The notes below the pieces were generated by a model. The model was not told the DNA's origin. It did not search any database and was given only the letters and a program-made list of their open reading frames with translations. Source: Trueperaceae bacterium (GTDB taxonomy: Bacteria; Deinococcota; Deinococci; Deinococcales; Trueperaceae). From it: DNA of 64,000 nucleotides. The DNA lies in the NCBI GenBank assembly GCA_035703635.1, contig DASSXV010000065.1, positions 1-64,000 of the forward strand. The letters run 5' to 3'. Position numbers and translations under genes: made by a program. Positions 29,498-39,897 of this stretch are shown piece after piece (position 1 is the first letter of the stretch; each line of letters begins with the position of its first letter).

Positions 29498-30394
29498 ATG
29501 CCAGCGACTTCGGTAACCAAACAGATAAATGCGGACTCTACTTCCTGGCTGGGCGACCTGACCGCCTGGCGCACGCAGCGCGTTAGCAGCCTCCTCGGAC
29601 CGTTCGGCTGGTGGTCGATCACGTGCCTCGTGTGGCTCGACGAGGGCGTGAACACCGTCGGGAGTGGCGCTAGCAGCACGGTGAGCCTCGCCCGCCGCCT
29701 GCCGGAACTTGCCGCTACCCTGGTCGTCGACGGCGAGCACCTGACGATCGACCCTGCGCCGGGCGCCGACCTTACCGTCGGCGACCTCAAAACGGGCGCT
29801 GCAGACGCGTTCACCGAGCCGCTGACGGTGACGGGCGATCAGGCGTTCACCGTGGGTGACGCGCAGCCGGTAAAGGTCGCCGTCGTGCGGCGCGGCGACG
29901 CGTGGGGCGTGCGCGTTCACGATCCAGTCAACGCGGCAACCAAGAGCGCGGCGACCGACGTGGCGTGGTTCGACGCGGCCCCACGGTGGGTGCTAGACGC
30001 AGAGTTCCTGCCCGCCACCGACCACGAGGAAGTGCCGATCAGCAACGTGATCGGGCAAGTGAGCATGCAACCGGTAGCCGGGCGCGTGCGCTTCGAGCAC
30101 GAAGGCGCCAGCTACACGCTGCTCGCAACGCCAGCCGGCCGCGGCAAGCTGTTCATCAACTTCCGCGACGCCAGCAACCAGGACTACGACCACCCGAGCG
30201 CCGAACCCATGAGCTACTCTGGCGGGCGCTTCCTGGTAACCGCTGCGCCCGTTGACGGCCGCGTGACGCTCGACTTCAACCGCGCCCACCACCCGCCGTG
30301 CGCGCATACGCCGTACGCCACCTGCCCACTCCCGACGCCAGGCAACAAGCTGCCTTTCGCCGTAACGGCGGGCGAGCGGCTGCCACCTGCTTAG
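29498..30394 (+). CDS. DUF1684 family protein
   Basis: FINFRD..SYSGGRFL, LDFNRAHHPPCAHTPYATCPLP..N. Confidence 0.85.
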   Translation: MPATSVTKQINADSTSWLGDLTAWRTQRVSSLLGPFGWWSITCLVWLDEGVNTVGSGASSTVSLARRLPELAATLVVDGEHLTIDPAPGADLTVGDLKTGAADAFTEPLTVTGDQAFTVGDAQPVKVAVVRRGDAWGVRVHDPVNAATKSAATDVAWFDAAPRWVLDAEFLPATDHEEVPISNVIGQVSMQPVAGRVRFEHEGASYTLLATPAGRGKLFINFRDASNQDYDHPSAEPMSYSGGRFLVTAAPVDGRVTLDFNRAHHPPCAHTPYATCPLPTPGNKLPFAVTAGERLPPA

Positions 30395-30421
30395 CGCTGG
30401 GCGCGGCTAGCCCCTCCGCGG

Positions 30422-30847
30422 CTAATAGCGCACCTCGCCAACGAGCACGCCCGTCAGGCTCACGTCTACACCGTCTGGTCGGTGGGTAAGCGCGAGCGGC
30501 TCAGCGCCGGTGGCACTGACGCTGTCGCCGTTCCACCATTCGCCCTTGCTTAGGCCTAGCGAGGCAACGAGGTCGATCTCCTCCGTCATGCCCGACTCCG
30601 GGTCGGTGAGGTGCAGCACCGAGCCGGTCACGCGTACGAGGAACCAATCCGCGCCGCTCGGGTCGTGCATCTGCCAAGTGCCGGCTGGCAGCTCGCCCGC
30701 CTCGCCGGCAGTTGCTGGCGTGAGGACGTAGGTGTCTGGTCGTCCGACGGTGCCAGGCTTCGGGTGGTCGGTGACCGTCACCTGAGTGGCGCCGAGCGGT
30801 GCCAGGTTGAGGCCGAGGGCGATGAAGACCGCTAACAGCGGACCCAT
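30422..30847 (-). CDS. Hypothetical exported protein
   Basis: Hydrophobic N-terminus MGPLLAVFIALGL; start trimmed to avoid overlapping the next gene. Confidence 0.55.
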   Translation of the reverse strand: MGPLLAVFIALGLNLAPLGATQVTVTDHPKPGTVGRPDTYVLTPATAGEAGELPAGTWQMHDPSGADWFLVRVTGSVLHLTDPESGMTEEIDLVASLGLSKGEWWNGDSVSATGAEPLALTHRPDGVDVSLTGVLVGEVRY

Positions 30848-30931
30848 CAGCGGTCCGCATCCATGGTGGAGGTAAGGCAGTGCATAGCCGAGTCTAGCGC
30901 CCTGGCGGCAGCAAGCGTTTAGTCTGGGCGC

Positions 30932-32023
30932 ATGCCTGCTCATGCCAGCCTCCCAGTCGCGGCGACCCGCGTTGACACCATCGACACGCCTTGCGTGATC
31001 GTCGACCTCGATGTCGTCGACCGCAACATCGGCCGCCTGCAGGAGTACCTGAGTGGGCACGGCATCGCCAACCGTCCGCACATCAAGACGCACAAGCTCC
31101 CCCTCCTCGCGCACGCGCAAGTCGCGGCGGGCGCCAGCGGCATAACGGTGCAGAGCATCGGCGAGGCGGAAGTAATGGCGGCGGCCGGGCTGGATGACAT
31201 CCTCATCACCTACAACGTCATGGGTGACGAGAAGGTCAGGCGCCTAGCGCAAGTAGCGCAACTCGCGCGCGTGCGCGTGGCGCTTGACAACGAAGTAGCG
31301 CTAGAGGCCGTCGCGGCGGCCGCCCTGCTGGCCGAGCGCAAGATCGGCGTGCTCATCGAGTTCGAGTCCGGCAAGTTGCGCCAGGGAGTCGTCACGCCGG
31401 AAGAGGCCGTAGAACTGGCCAAGGTCGCCGCTGAGCGGCCGTACCTCGAGTTCCTCGGCCTCCTCACCTACCCCAACTCGGGCGCCGTGCCAGCGTTCGT
31501 GACCCGCACGCGCGAGTTGCTCGGCGAGGCCGGGCTGGAGCTCAAGGTCGTTTCCGTCGGCGGTACGCCGCTCATGTGGAGCGCTCACGTTGCCGGTGTC
31601 GCAACGGAACTGCGCGCAGGCACTTACATCTACAACGACCGCAACAGCATGGCCGCAGGCGCGGCTGCGCTCGAGGATTGCGCGTTGCACGTGCACGTGA
31701 CGCTGGTAAGCAAGCCAACGGCCAACCGCGGCGTCATCGACGCCGGTTCGAAGACCCTCACGAGCGACTTGTTCAGGGCGGACCGCGGCGGCGGTTACGG
31801 CCTCATCCTCGAGTACCCGGACGCGAAGATCACGGAGTTATCGGAAGAGCACGGCGCCGTCGACTTCTCGGAGTGCTCCCGAACGCCCGTCATAGGGGAG
31901 CGCCTGCGGGTGGTGCCTAACCACGTCTGCCCCGTGTCCAACTTGCATGATGAGGTCTACTTGCATCGCGGCGGCGTGTTGGTGGCAACGCTGCCGGTAG
32001 CTGCGCGCGGCAAGACGAGGTAA
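30932..32023 (+). CDS. D-threonine aldolase / D-serine dehydratase family PLP enzyme
   Basis: DTPC, RPHIKTHK, GGTP, ELRAGTY, DAGSKTL, SEEHG, PNHVC. Confidence 0.9.
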   Translation: MPAHASLPVAATRVDTIDTPCVIVDLDVVDRNIGRLQEYLSGHGIANRPHIKTHKLPLLAHAQVAAGASGITVQSIGEAEVMAAAGLDDILITYNVMGDEKVRRLAQVAQLARVRVALDNEVALEAVAAAALLAERKIGVLIEFESGKLRQGVVTPEEAVELAKVAAERPYLEFLGLLTYPNSGAVPAFVTRTRELLGEAGLELKVVSVGGTPLMWSAHVAGVATELRAGTYIYNDRNSMAAGAAALEDCALHVHVTLVSKPTANRGVIDAGSKTLTSDLFRADRGGGYGLILEYPDAKITELSEEHGAVDFSECSRTPVIGERLRVVPNHVCPVSNLHDEVYLHRGGVLVATLPVAARGKTR

Positions 32024-32286
32024 CCCTCGGCCGACACGGGAGTCCGCGCAACTTCGTGACCATTGCTTCCGTTAGCTGACCTTTCGGGACTACCCTGATT
32101 GTGCTTCGGGATACGCTGCGCGGTCGCCCTGATGGCCGGCAGCGGTACCCGGACAGGCGTGCTGTCCGCGCCGCCTCGCCCGCCGCAACTAGCCTCCGCT
32201 AGCCCACGGCCCGCCTGGACAGTCGACAGCCAACACCGGCCGGGGGGTCCGAGGACGTCAGTCCATCAGGGAGAAAGCCGGCGAAC

Positions 32287-33459
32287 ATGCGCACTAGCGT
32301 GCGGCCAGCCCTGCGAGCGTTCCGCCTCGTAGTGGTGGCCATACTAGTAAGTGGCGCCGCCTGGGCGCAGGACGCGTCCTCCATCTCGGTCAGCTCATTC
32401 ACCAGCGACTTCTCCGCAATGAAGCTGCTCACCGACCTGGCTAGCAAGGGCACCGGAAAGATCGGCGTACTGCTGCCAGAAACGACGACATCGGCGCGCT
32501 ACACGGCGTTCGACGCTCCGTTCCTCAAGCAGGCCTTCCAAGCCGCTGGGGTGCCCGACTCCGACGTCATCCTCACTAACGCGCAAGGCAGCGAAGCAAC
32601 GCAGCTCACCCAGGCCCAAGCCGCCATCACCCAAGGCGCGACGGTCCTCCTCGTCGACCCCATCTCGTCAGGCGTAGGCGCGTCGATCGAGAAGTACGCA
32701 GCAGATAACGGCGTTGCCGTGATCGACTACGACCGCCTCACGCTCGGCGGCTCGCGCGCGTACTACGTGAGCTTCGACAACGTCCAGGTCGGGAAGCTCA
32801 TCGGCGACGGCTTCGTGGCTTGCGTCACCGACTGGAAAGTCGCCAACCCGCACGTCCTGATCATGAACGGGGCGCCGACCGACAACAACGCCACGCTCTT
32901 CTCGCAGGGTTACCACTCCGTGCTCGACCCGCTCATCAAAGCAGGCACGTACACGCTAGTTGGCGAGCCGGCAGGCACGTGGGACCCAGCCCAGGCGCGC
33001 ACCACTTTCGAGGGGCAGTACACGGCGCATAACGACATCAATGCCGTCGTAACGCCGAACGACGACAACGCCAACGCCGTTATCGCCTACCTCAAGACCC
33101 TCAACGTGCCAGCCAACACCTTCCCGACCACTGGTCAGGACGCCACGCTTCAGGGCCTGCAGAACATCCTTGCCGGCTACCAGTGCGGCACCGTCTACAA
33201 GCCCATCAACCTCGAGGCGCAAGCCGCCGCCGCCCTGGCGATCTTCTTGCGCGCAGGTGAAGTCCCGCCATCCGGCCTCGTCAACAGCACCACGCCGGAC
33301 ACGGAATCCAAGATGGACGTACCGTCCGTGCTCCTCACCCCGATCTGGGTGACCACCAAGAACATGGCCGACACCGTCGTCAAGGACGGGTTCACCAAGG
33401 CAGCCGACCTCTGCGCTGGTTTCACCGACCAATGCAAGGCCAGCGGGATCGGCCAGTAG
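32287..33459 (+). CDS. Monosaccharide ABC transporter substrate-binding protein (XylF-like)
   Basis: SARY..FDAP, VIDYDRL, YVSFDN, TGQDA, TVYKP. Confidence 0.88.
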   Translation: MRTSVRPALRAFRLVVVAILVSGAAWAQDASSISVSSFTSDFSAMKLLTDLASKGTGKIGVLLPETTTSARYTAFDAPFLKQAFQAAGVPDSDVILTNAQGSEATQLTQAQAAITQGATVLLVDPISSGVGASIEKYAADNGVAVIDYDRLTLGGSRAYYVSFDNVQVGKLIGDGFVACVTDWKVANPHVLIMNGAPTDNNATLFSQGYHSVLDPLIKAGTYTLVGEPAGTWDPAQARTTFEGQYTAHNDINAVVTPNDDNANAVIAYLKTLNVPANTFPTTGQDATLQGLQNILAGYQCGTVYKPINLEAQAAAALAIFLRAGEVPPSGLVNSTTPDTESKMDVPSVLLTPIWVTTKNMADTVVKDGFTKAADLCAGFTDQCKASGIGQ

Positions 33460-33469
33460 GCAGATCAGC

Positions 33470-34249
33470 ATGACCTCCGAGCAGGCTCGGCAACCACAGG
33501 CAGCGGCTGCCGAGCCGCTCCTGCGCCTGGAGGGCGTTCGCAAGAGCTTCGGCGCTGTGAACGCCCTCAAAGGCGTCAACCTCACCCTCCCGGCCGCGCA
33601 AGTGACGGCCCTCGTCGGCGACAACGGAGCGGGCAAGTCCGTCACGGTGAAGGTCGTGGCTGGCACCTACCTCCCTGACGAGGGGCACGTGTACTGGAAC
33701 GGCAAGCCCGTCAGGCTCCGCACCCCGCGCGAGGCGTCCGACCTCGGCATCGAGGTCGTCTACCAAGACCTAGCCCTGTGCGACAACCTCGACGTGGTGC
33801 AGAACATGTTCCTCGGCCGCGAGGTCGTCAAGCGCGGCCTGCTCCAAGAGGACAGCATGGAGACTGCGGCCATGAAGACCCTGGCCGACCTGCGCGTAAC
33901 GACCGTGCAGTCAGTACGGCTGCCGGTTGCCGCGCTCTCAGGTGGGCAACGCCAGTCCGTCGCCGTAGCCAAGGCCGTCATGTGGAACTCCAAGCTCGTC
34001 ATCCTCGACGAGCCAACCGCCGCCCTCGGCGTGGCCCAGACGCGTCAGGTGCTCGAGCTAGTCAGGCGCCTGGCCGAGCGCGGGTTAGGGGTCATGATCA
34101 TCTCGCACAACCTAACCGACGTCTTCGCCGTTGCAGACCGCATCGCGGTCATGCGTCTAGGCAAAGTGGTCAGCGAGGGGCCAGCCGCTAGTACCGACGT
34201 GCAGTCCGTGGTCGAACTGATGACCACCGGAAGGGCGAGTGCCGCGTGA
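33470..34249 (+). CDS. Sugar ABC transporter ATPase (single domain)
   Basis: GDNGAGKS, YQDLALCDNL, LSGGQRQ, DEPTAALG. Confidence 0.9.
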   Translation: MTSEQARQPQAAAAEPLLRLEGVRKSFGAVNALKGVNLTLPAAQVTALVGDNGAGKSVTVKVVAGTYLPDEGHVYWNGKPVRLRTPREASDLGIEVVYQDLALCDNLDVVQNMFLGREVVKRGLLQEDSMETAAMKTLADLRVTTVQSVRLPVAALSGGQRQSVAVAKAVMWNSKLVILDEPTAALGVAQTRQVLELVRRLAERGLGVMIISHNLTDVFAVADRIAVMRLGKVVSEGPAASTDVQSVVELMTTGRASAA

Positions 34250-35463
34250 CGGACGAAAGCGTCAGCACCGCACCGACCGCGGCAACCGAGAAGGCCGTCA
34301 AGCGCATTACTGGCGGAGGCGGCACCAGCGTGCTGCCCGTCATCATCGGCGTCATTCTCATCGCCGCGATCTTTCAAGCACTGAACGACCGCTTCCTATC
34401 TACCGGCAACCTCGTGAACCTCCTCGTTCAAGCGTCTGTGTTCATGCTCATCGGCATGGGCGAGGTGTTCGTGCTGCTCTTAGGCGAGATCGACCTCTCA
34501 CTCGGCTACGTGGCTGGCATCGGTGGCGTGGTCGTCACCGAACTCGTTCAGGTGCGCGTCGGTTGGCCATGGTGGGCCGCCATCCTGGCGGCGCTGGTCG
34601 TAACCGCAGCCATCGGCTTCCTGCAGGGCTCGCTCATCACGCGCCTGCGGTTACCGTCCTTCGTGGTCACGTTGGCTGGCTTGCTCGGCTGGCAAGGCGT
34701 GATGATCATCTTGCTCGGCACGGGCGGCACCATCCCTATCCCTAGCGACACCATCAACGCCATCGCGAACGGCACCCTATCTAACCTCGGCGGCTGGATC
34801 CTCACGGCAGTGGTGGTCATCTTGTTCGCACTCGTGACCTTGCGCTCTGATGGCCGGAGGCGCAAGAGCGGCCTCGCGGCGCCGAGCGCGCTGCGCACCG
34901 TCCTCACCGTGGTGGGCGCCGCCGTGGCCGCCGTCGCCCTCACGCTACTTACCAACGCCGACCGCGGCGTCGGCCTGTACAAGCTGCGCGGCATGCCTTA
35001 CGTGCTGCCCATCGTGTTCGCCGTCCTCATGCTCTGGTCGCTCGTCCTCACGCGCACGCGTTACGGCCGTTACGTTTACGCCATCGGCGGCAACGCAGAG
35101 GCAGCGCGGCGCGCGGGCATCTCCATCGCGTGGGTGCGCACGCTCGCCTTCACCTTCGCGGGCGCCACGGCTGGAGTCGGCGGCATCGTGTACGCGTCGC
35201 GGCTGCGGTCAATGTCGACGAGCTTCGACGGCGGCACCATCGTGCTTTACGTCGTGGCCACCGCCGTCATCGGCGGCACCAGCCTCTTCGGCGGCCGCGG
35301 CCACCCGCTGCACGCCGTGCTAGGCGGGATCGTCATCGCCGCCATCGTCAACGGCATGGCCCTGCTCGGGCTCAGCGCCGCCATTCAACTCATAGCCACG
35401 GCCATCGTGCTGTTGGCGTCGATCTTCGTCGACGTCGTGGTCAGGCGGCGCGGCGCGGCTTGA
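34246..35463 (+). CDS. Sugar ABC transporter permease (XylH-like)
   Basis: GEIDLS, PSFVVTLAG, YAIGGNAEAARRAG, IGGTSLFGG. Confidence 0.9.
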   Translation: MTDESVSTAPTAATEKAVKRITGGGGTSVLPVIIGVILIAAIFQALNDRFLSTGNLVNLLVQASVFMLIGMGEVFVLLLGEIDLSLGYVAGIGGVVVTELVQVRVGWPWWAAILAALVVTAAIGFLQGSLITRLRLPSFVVTLAGLLGWQGVMIILLGTGGTIPIPSDTINAIANGTLSNLGGWILTAVVVILFALVTLRSDGRRRKSGLAAPSALRTVLTVVGAAVAAVALTLLTNADRGVGLYKLRGMPYVLPIVFAVLMLWSLVLTRTRYGRYVYAIGGNAEAARRAGISIAWVRTLAFTFAGATAGVGGIVYASRLRSMSTSFDGGTIVLYVVATAVIGGTSLFGGRGHPLHAVLGGIVIAAIVNGMALLGLSAAIQLIATAIVLLASIFVDVVVRRRGAA

Positions 35464-35548
35464 GCTAGCAGTAGGGTGGCATTTTGCTCGGCCTCCACCC
35501 GGGGGGCCACCGCTGCCATCCGACCCGGAGCCGTTACTCGAGCAGGAG

Positions 35549-36199
35549 ATGGCGCTGAACTTACCGGCCACCTACCCCGACGTCTCGCACGTCCGCGTCG
35601 TGCTCTACGACGAGGCTGGCTCGGGGGTTGCCACCTCCGGCACCCTCGAAACGCTTGGTGAGGGCTTATACGGCGGGCCCAACAGCGCGGTGAAAGCAGA
35701 CGGCAGCGCCAGCATCGTCATGCCAGACGTTGCCGACTTGCCCCCTGCCGTATTCACGCCCCCGGCTGGAATCAACACCAACATCGACTCAGCGACCTGC
35801 GAACCCGACGTCAGCGACCCAACCGTGACGGTAACGAAGACCTGCCTTCTACTCATAATTGGATTACCTAACGTATTCATCCGCTCTGGCGGCGGCTGGG
35901 CAGCATCCCTCACGGCCTCGGCGTTGGTCGACCCAGACGGTTCAGAACTCGACATCGAAAGCGCAAAGATGATCAGCTGGGTTCACGCCGACGGGGACGT
36001 CAAGATCTCTACAGTTGAGGCAGGCTGCGTTGGGTCACTCCTGCTCTCGTATCACCTTGACCTAGACCTGGTGGAAGGCTGGAACCAGGTCGCCTACTCG
36101 TTCGAGCTCACTGGCGAGGACCTCACGGACGTGACGCTGCGAAACAGCAACTTCGCGAGCGTGTTCGTAACGCCACTCGGGGACCCGCCTTCGCCCTAA
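35549..36199 (+). CDS. Hypothetical beta-rich protein, possibly 5'-truncated
   Basis: 216-aa ORF filling the gap; DLDLVEGWNQV motif; frame stays open upstream through a Pro-rich stretch. Confidence 0.5.
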   Translation: MALNLPATYPDVSHVRVVLYDEAGSGVATSGTLETLGEGLYGGPNSAVKADGSASIVMPDVADLPPAVFTPPAGINTNIDSATCEPDVSDPTVTVTKTCLLLIIGLPNVFIRSGGGWAASLTASALVDPDGSELDIESAKMISWVHADGDVKISTVEAGCVGSLLLSYHLDLDLVEGWNQVAYSFELTGEDLTDVTLRNSNFASVFVTPLGDPPSP

Positions 36200-37161
36200 T
36201 ACCCCCTAGACCGTTCGATGGCGTTGAGGAGCGGCTGCCCACTGTTCAGCCGCTTCACGTTCTCGCGCACGAGGGCTTCCGCGCCGAGCGGGCGGCCCCC
36301 CGCCGCGTGCGGCGAGATGATGACGTTGCGTTGGCCCCAGAGTTCCGAGCTGGCCGGCAGCGGTTCCTCCGAGAACACGTCGAGGGCCGCGCCGCCCAGC
36401 TCGCCTCGTGTCAGGGCGCGGATGAGGTCTGGCTCGTTGATGGTCGCGCCGCGCCCGACGTTGACCACCCAAGCGTGGCGCGGCAGGAGCGCCAGGAGCT
36501 CGGCGTTCAAGGCGCCGGCGGTGACCGGGGTGGCTGGCAGGATCATCACGAGCGCGTCGGTCGTGGGTAAGAGTTCGGGCAACCGGTCGTCGGTGACAAC
36601 CGGGTAGCCGCCGCGCGTACCCGCCTTCGTGGCAACGCCGGTGACCTTGGCGCCTAGCGCCGTCAGCATCGGCGCCAACGTGGCGGCGATGCTCCCGAAC
36701 CCCCATATCGTTACGTTCGAGTCAAGCAAGGTAGTGAACACGTTCGGGTCGCGGTCAGGTTGCCCCCCGCCCAGTTCGCCTGGCCAACGGTGCTCGTGCT
36801 GAGCGTCGCGCATGAGGTGAATGCGGCGCGCGGCCGTCAAGAGCAGCGCCACGGTGTGCTCCGCCACCGGCTTATCGTGCAAGCCGCGGCCGTTACTGAC
36901 GTACACGGAGCCCGCGAACCCCGCCGCCACCAGGGTGTTGACTCCAGCCATGAGGCCCTGCACGAGCCGTAGGCGCGGCAGTTCTCTCGCGGCGCCTGCC
37001 AACTGCGCCGGCGGGTTCAGCCACGCTACCAGCACCTCGGCGTTCCGGTGCTCGGCGGGGATGGGCTGGCGTTGGTCGTACGCCACGAACTCCACGCCCT
37101 CTTGACCCCTCGAGAGGTCGAAGTTGAGGTTCTGAGGGATGAGGACCTTCGTCGCCGCCAT
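36196..37161 (-). CDS. D-2-hydroxyacid dehydrogenase family protein
   Basis: GFGSIA, VNVGRG, AALDVF..EPLP, SPHAAG. Confidence 0.9.
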   Translation of the reverse strand: MAATKVLIPQNLNFDLSRGQEGVEFVAYDQRQPIPAEHRNAEVLVAWLNPPAQLAGAARELPRLRLVQGLMAGVNTLVAAGFAGSVYVSNGRGLHDKPVAEHTVALLLTAARRIHLMRDAQHEHRWPGELGGGQPDRDPNVFTTLLDSNVTIWGFGSIAATLAPMLTALGAKVTGVATKAGTRGGYPVVTDDRLPELLPTTDALVMILPATPVTAGALNAELLALLPRHAWVVNVGRGATINEPDLIRALTRGELGGAALDVFSEEPLPASSELWGQRNVIISPHAAGGRPLGAEALVRENVKRLNSGQPLLNAIERSRGY

Positions 37162-37166
37162 GGGCT

Positions 37167-37418
37167 TTACGCGACAGGTGCGCTAGCGACGCGCTGGTCG
37201 ATGCTCTGCAGGACCTCTTCGAGATCGAACTCTTCCGGCTTGGTGTAGACGCGTTCGGCGCCAACGTCGATGGTGAAGATGCCGCCCGCGCCAGGCTTGA
37301 GCGTCACGCCGCCTAGACTCTCGCCGAAGCGCTCGAGGATGGCCTTCTGAACGTCTAACGCACGCGGCAGGTGACCGCAGGGAACGCAGTATTGGATCTG
37401 AACGGTGGTCTTTGACAC
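37167..37418 (-). CDS. SelT/SelW/SelH (Rdx) family redoxin
   Basis: IQYCVPCG CxxC; LKPGAGGIFTI. Confidence 0.8.
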   Translation of the reverse strand: MSKTTVQIQYCVPCGHLPRALDVQKAILERFGESLGGVTLKPGAGGIFTIDVGAERVYTKPEEFDLEEVLQSIDQRVASAPVA

Positions 37419-37526
37419 GTTTAGTACTCCTCTAAGTGATTACCTCCCAGGATAGGCCGCTTGGCGCGCGTGTGGGGTGATGGAGGGAATGACGGCGCGT
37501 TGACGGCTCGTGGCTATGCTGCCAGC

Positions 37527-38498
37527 ATGAGTGTTCGTCAGTTGATCAGTGGAGTACGTGTTGGTCGCGCGGGCATGCTCGTGGCGCTCGCCCTTCTCTT
37601 GGGAATGGCGTGCGCGCAGCAGGCTGGCCAGGCGCTCGATCAGGAGATCGCGGCGTTCGTTGGCGGCGACTACGTGCAGCTCGACACCGAGGCGCTCGAG
37701 ACCGCCGTGGAAGCCGCGCTGCCCCCGAGCGACTCGGTCTTCCTCGCCTCGGCCGAAGTCGGCGTGCTGGCGAAGGCGCTGCTCGCGTTAGAGGCGGCCG
37801 ACGGTGTGCTCGAGCGCACGCGCCACCACGGAACCGTGCGCGTGCTCAGCACCGAGCGGTCCCCCGTCGTGTTCGTGCAAGTCGATCGCTACAACCTTGG
37901 CCCGTCGCTGCACGCGGAGCTGGTGGCCGAACACGGCGCAGTGCACGTGGCGCCGCTCGAGGAGTTCGGCGTGGGACAGCACGTGTCTTGGCGTTTCGTC
38001 ATGCACCAGGTCATGGGGCAAGAGGCCGCGTTGCTCGCCGCTGCGCGGGCGGTGATCGGCGACGCGCAGGCCGACGCAGCGCCGTGCCTCGGCAAGCCGT
38101 GCCTCCTTACCAGTGGCGGCATCGACGATAACGCCGTGTGGCATGAGTTCGAGGCCGTTGACCTCGGCCCGGAGACCAACACTCTGGATCTCGCCTCCGC
38201 GGCGGGGGCGCTCGACTTGGCGGCCTCCTTGGCGTTCTTCGACCCCTACCAGGTGGAGGTTGACAGCAGCGACGCCCTAGTTGCCGAGTTCGTCATGGAG
38301 ACGGGCCTGGCCCAGGAGCAGGTGGTAGACGTTGCCTTGCGTCAGGGTCAACTCATGGATGACTCGTTGGCCGCACAGTGGCAACGTCTACTTACCCTCA
38401 CTGGTTGGGACAGCGCGCCTGAGGCTTACGCCGCGCAGGCGTTCGAGTGCAGGCGCGGCGAGGGTGGCTTCGCCCCGGCGGGCGAGTACTGCCTCTAA
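37527..38498 (+). CDS. Hypothetical exported protein
   Basis: Signal-like N-terminus; TATGCT-N6-ATG start. Confidence 0.65.
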   Translation: MSVRQLISGVRVGRAGMLVALALLLGMACAQQAGQALDQEIAAFVGGDYVQLDTEALETAVEAALPPSDSVFLASAEVGVLAKALLALEAADGVLERTRHHGTVRVLSTERSPVVFVQVDRYNLGPSLHAELVAEHGAVHVAPLEEFGVGQHVSWRFVMHQVMGQEAALLAAARAVIGDAQADAAPCLGKPCLLTSGGIDDNAVWHEFEAVDLGPETNTLDLASAAGALDLAASLAFFDPYQVEVDSSDALVAEFVMETGLAQEQVVDVALRQGQLMDDSLAAQWQRLLTLTGWDSAPEAYAAQAFECRRGEGGFAPAGEYCL

Positions 38499-39394
38499 CC
38501 CTGCGTTAGCACCTCACGGAGCTTGGCGGCGAAGGCGTCCGGTTCGCCCGTCTGGCCGTACTCGCCGCCAAGGAAACCGCCGTGATCGCCAGGGAACACG
38601 ACCGGCTCCAAACCCAACAGTTCTGCGACCGCGCGGCCAGCGCGTTCTGCAAGCTGCCCGGCCGATCCAACTCCGACGGCGATCACGGTGCGGGTGGGGG
38701 CGGCGCGCAGCGCGGCGATGTCGGGCTGGTAATGCGTGCTAGAGATCATGTTCTGCGCGAACAGCGGGTCGTTCCTTGACCCGTCGTCCGAGGTCGGCAG
38801 CCCGAACATGGCTGGGTCTGGGTCGGGCGCGTCGAGGTAGTCAGCTGGCAGCGGGCCAACGTGACTGACGAGCATGATGAAGCGCGCCATGGCCGGGCCC
38901 AAGCCACCGCGTTCGTACGCCTCGTTTATGGCCTTGCTGGCGCGCATGGCCGTTGCGCTATCGGGCACGACCCGGGCGAGGGGCGGCTCGTGCGCAACGA
39001 GCGTGCGCACGTCACCTGGGTGGGCGGCCACGAACGCGAGCCCGTTCACTGCGCCGCCACTGCTGGCGAAGACGTCGACCTCACCCCCGTTCAAGTGGGT
39101 TACCAGGCGGTGGAGGTCATCGGCGTGCTCCTCTGGCGTTGAGGTGCTTACGCCGTCGGTGCGGTGGCTGCGCTCCACGCCACGCGGGTCGTACGTGATG
39201 ACGGTGCGGTCCGGGAAGTGGCTGGCCAGCGTCGCGAAGCCAGCCGCGCCCATCGGCGAGCCGATCAGAAGGAGCGCCGGGGCCGTGGTGCCAGTAGCTG
39301 GCCTCACGTCGTAGGTGAGGACCGCCGTCGGGACCTGCAGCGTGTGGGTCTCTGGCGCGCGCGGTTCCCGAGTCGAGCCCGCCTGCCCGGTCAT
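38495..39394 (-). CDS. Alpha/beta hydrolase
   Basis: YDPRG, ASSGGA, HEPP, FPGDHGGF. Confidence 0.88.
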   Translation of the reverse strand: MTGQAGSTREPRAPETHTLQVPTAVLTYDVRPATGTTAPALLLIGSPMGAAGFATLASHFPDRTVITYDPRGVERSHRTDGVSTSTPEEHADDLHRLVTHLNGGEVDVFASSGGAVNGLAFVAAHPGDVRTLVAHEPPLARVVPDSATAMRASKAINEAYERGGLGPAMARFIMLVSHVGPLPADYLDAPDPDPAMFGLPTSDDGSRNDPLFAQNMISSTHYQPDIAALRAAPTRTVIAVGVGSAGQLAERAGRAVAELLGLEPVVFPGDHGGFLGGEYGQTGEPDAFAAKLREVLTQG

Positions 39395-39897
39395 GCGCCC
39401 ACCTGCGGAGTCTCCTCCAGGAGCGCATCGATCTGCCCAACCGCCGCGGTCATGCCTTCTTCCATGCCCATCTTCAACATCGTCTCCATCGTTTCGCGGT
39501 TAGGGAACAGGCTGACGATCGACATGCGCGTGCGGCCCTCGTCGATGCCCTCGATGGTCACCTTGACGGTAGCTGGCGGGATGGTGCGGTCGGGGGTGCC
39601 GTCAGGATTGGCGAAGCCGTCGCTGAAGGTCAGGCTGCTTGGCGGATCGACCTCCGTGAACTCCCAGTAGCCGTGCGGCTGGTCGCCCGTTGGGCCGGTC
39701 ATGTGATAGGCGACGTGCCCCCCGCTGCGCAGCTCATGGGAGGTGACCGTCGCCGGGTACGTGGGTGGTCCCCACCAGCGCTCGAGTTGGCGCGGGTTGG
39801 CCCACAGCTCCCACACGCGCGCCTGAGTGGCTTTGAACTCGCTGACGACGGTTAGCGTTAATGCGGACGGGTTCTTGTGTACTGCGGTAACGCTCAT
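39391..39897 (-). CDS. SRPBCC/AHSA1-domain protein
   Basis: RVWELW..P..LERWWGP, MGMEEG. Confidence 0.88.
   Translation of the reverse strand: MSVTAVHKNPSALTLTVVSEFKATQARVWELWANPRQLERWWGPPTYPATVTSHELRSGGHVAYHMTGPTGDQPHGYWEFTEVDPPSSLTFSDGFANPDGTPDRTIPPATVKVTIEGIDEGRTRMSIVSLFPNRETMETMLKMGMEEGMTAAVGQIDALLEETPQVGA

Noticed and set aside
32024-32286. Structured leader upstream of the sugar SBP gene
   Set aside because: Only short GC-rich stems expected by chance; no recognisable motif
37167-37418. Possible selenoprotein (SelW family)
   Set aside because: The motif is CxxC with Cys codons; no in-frame TGA
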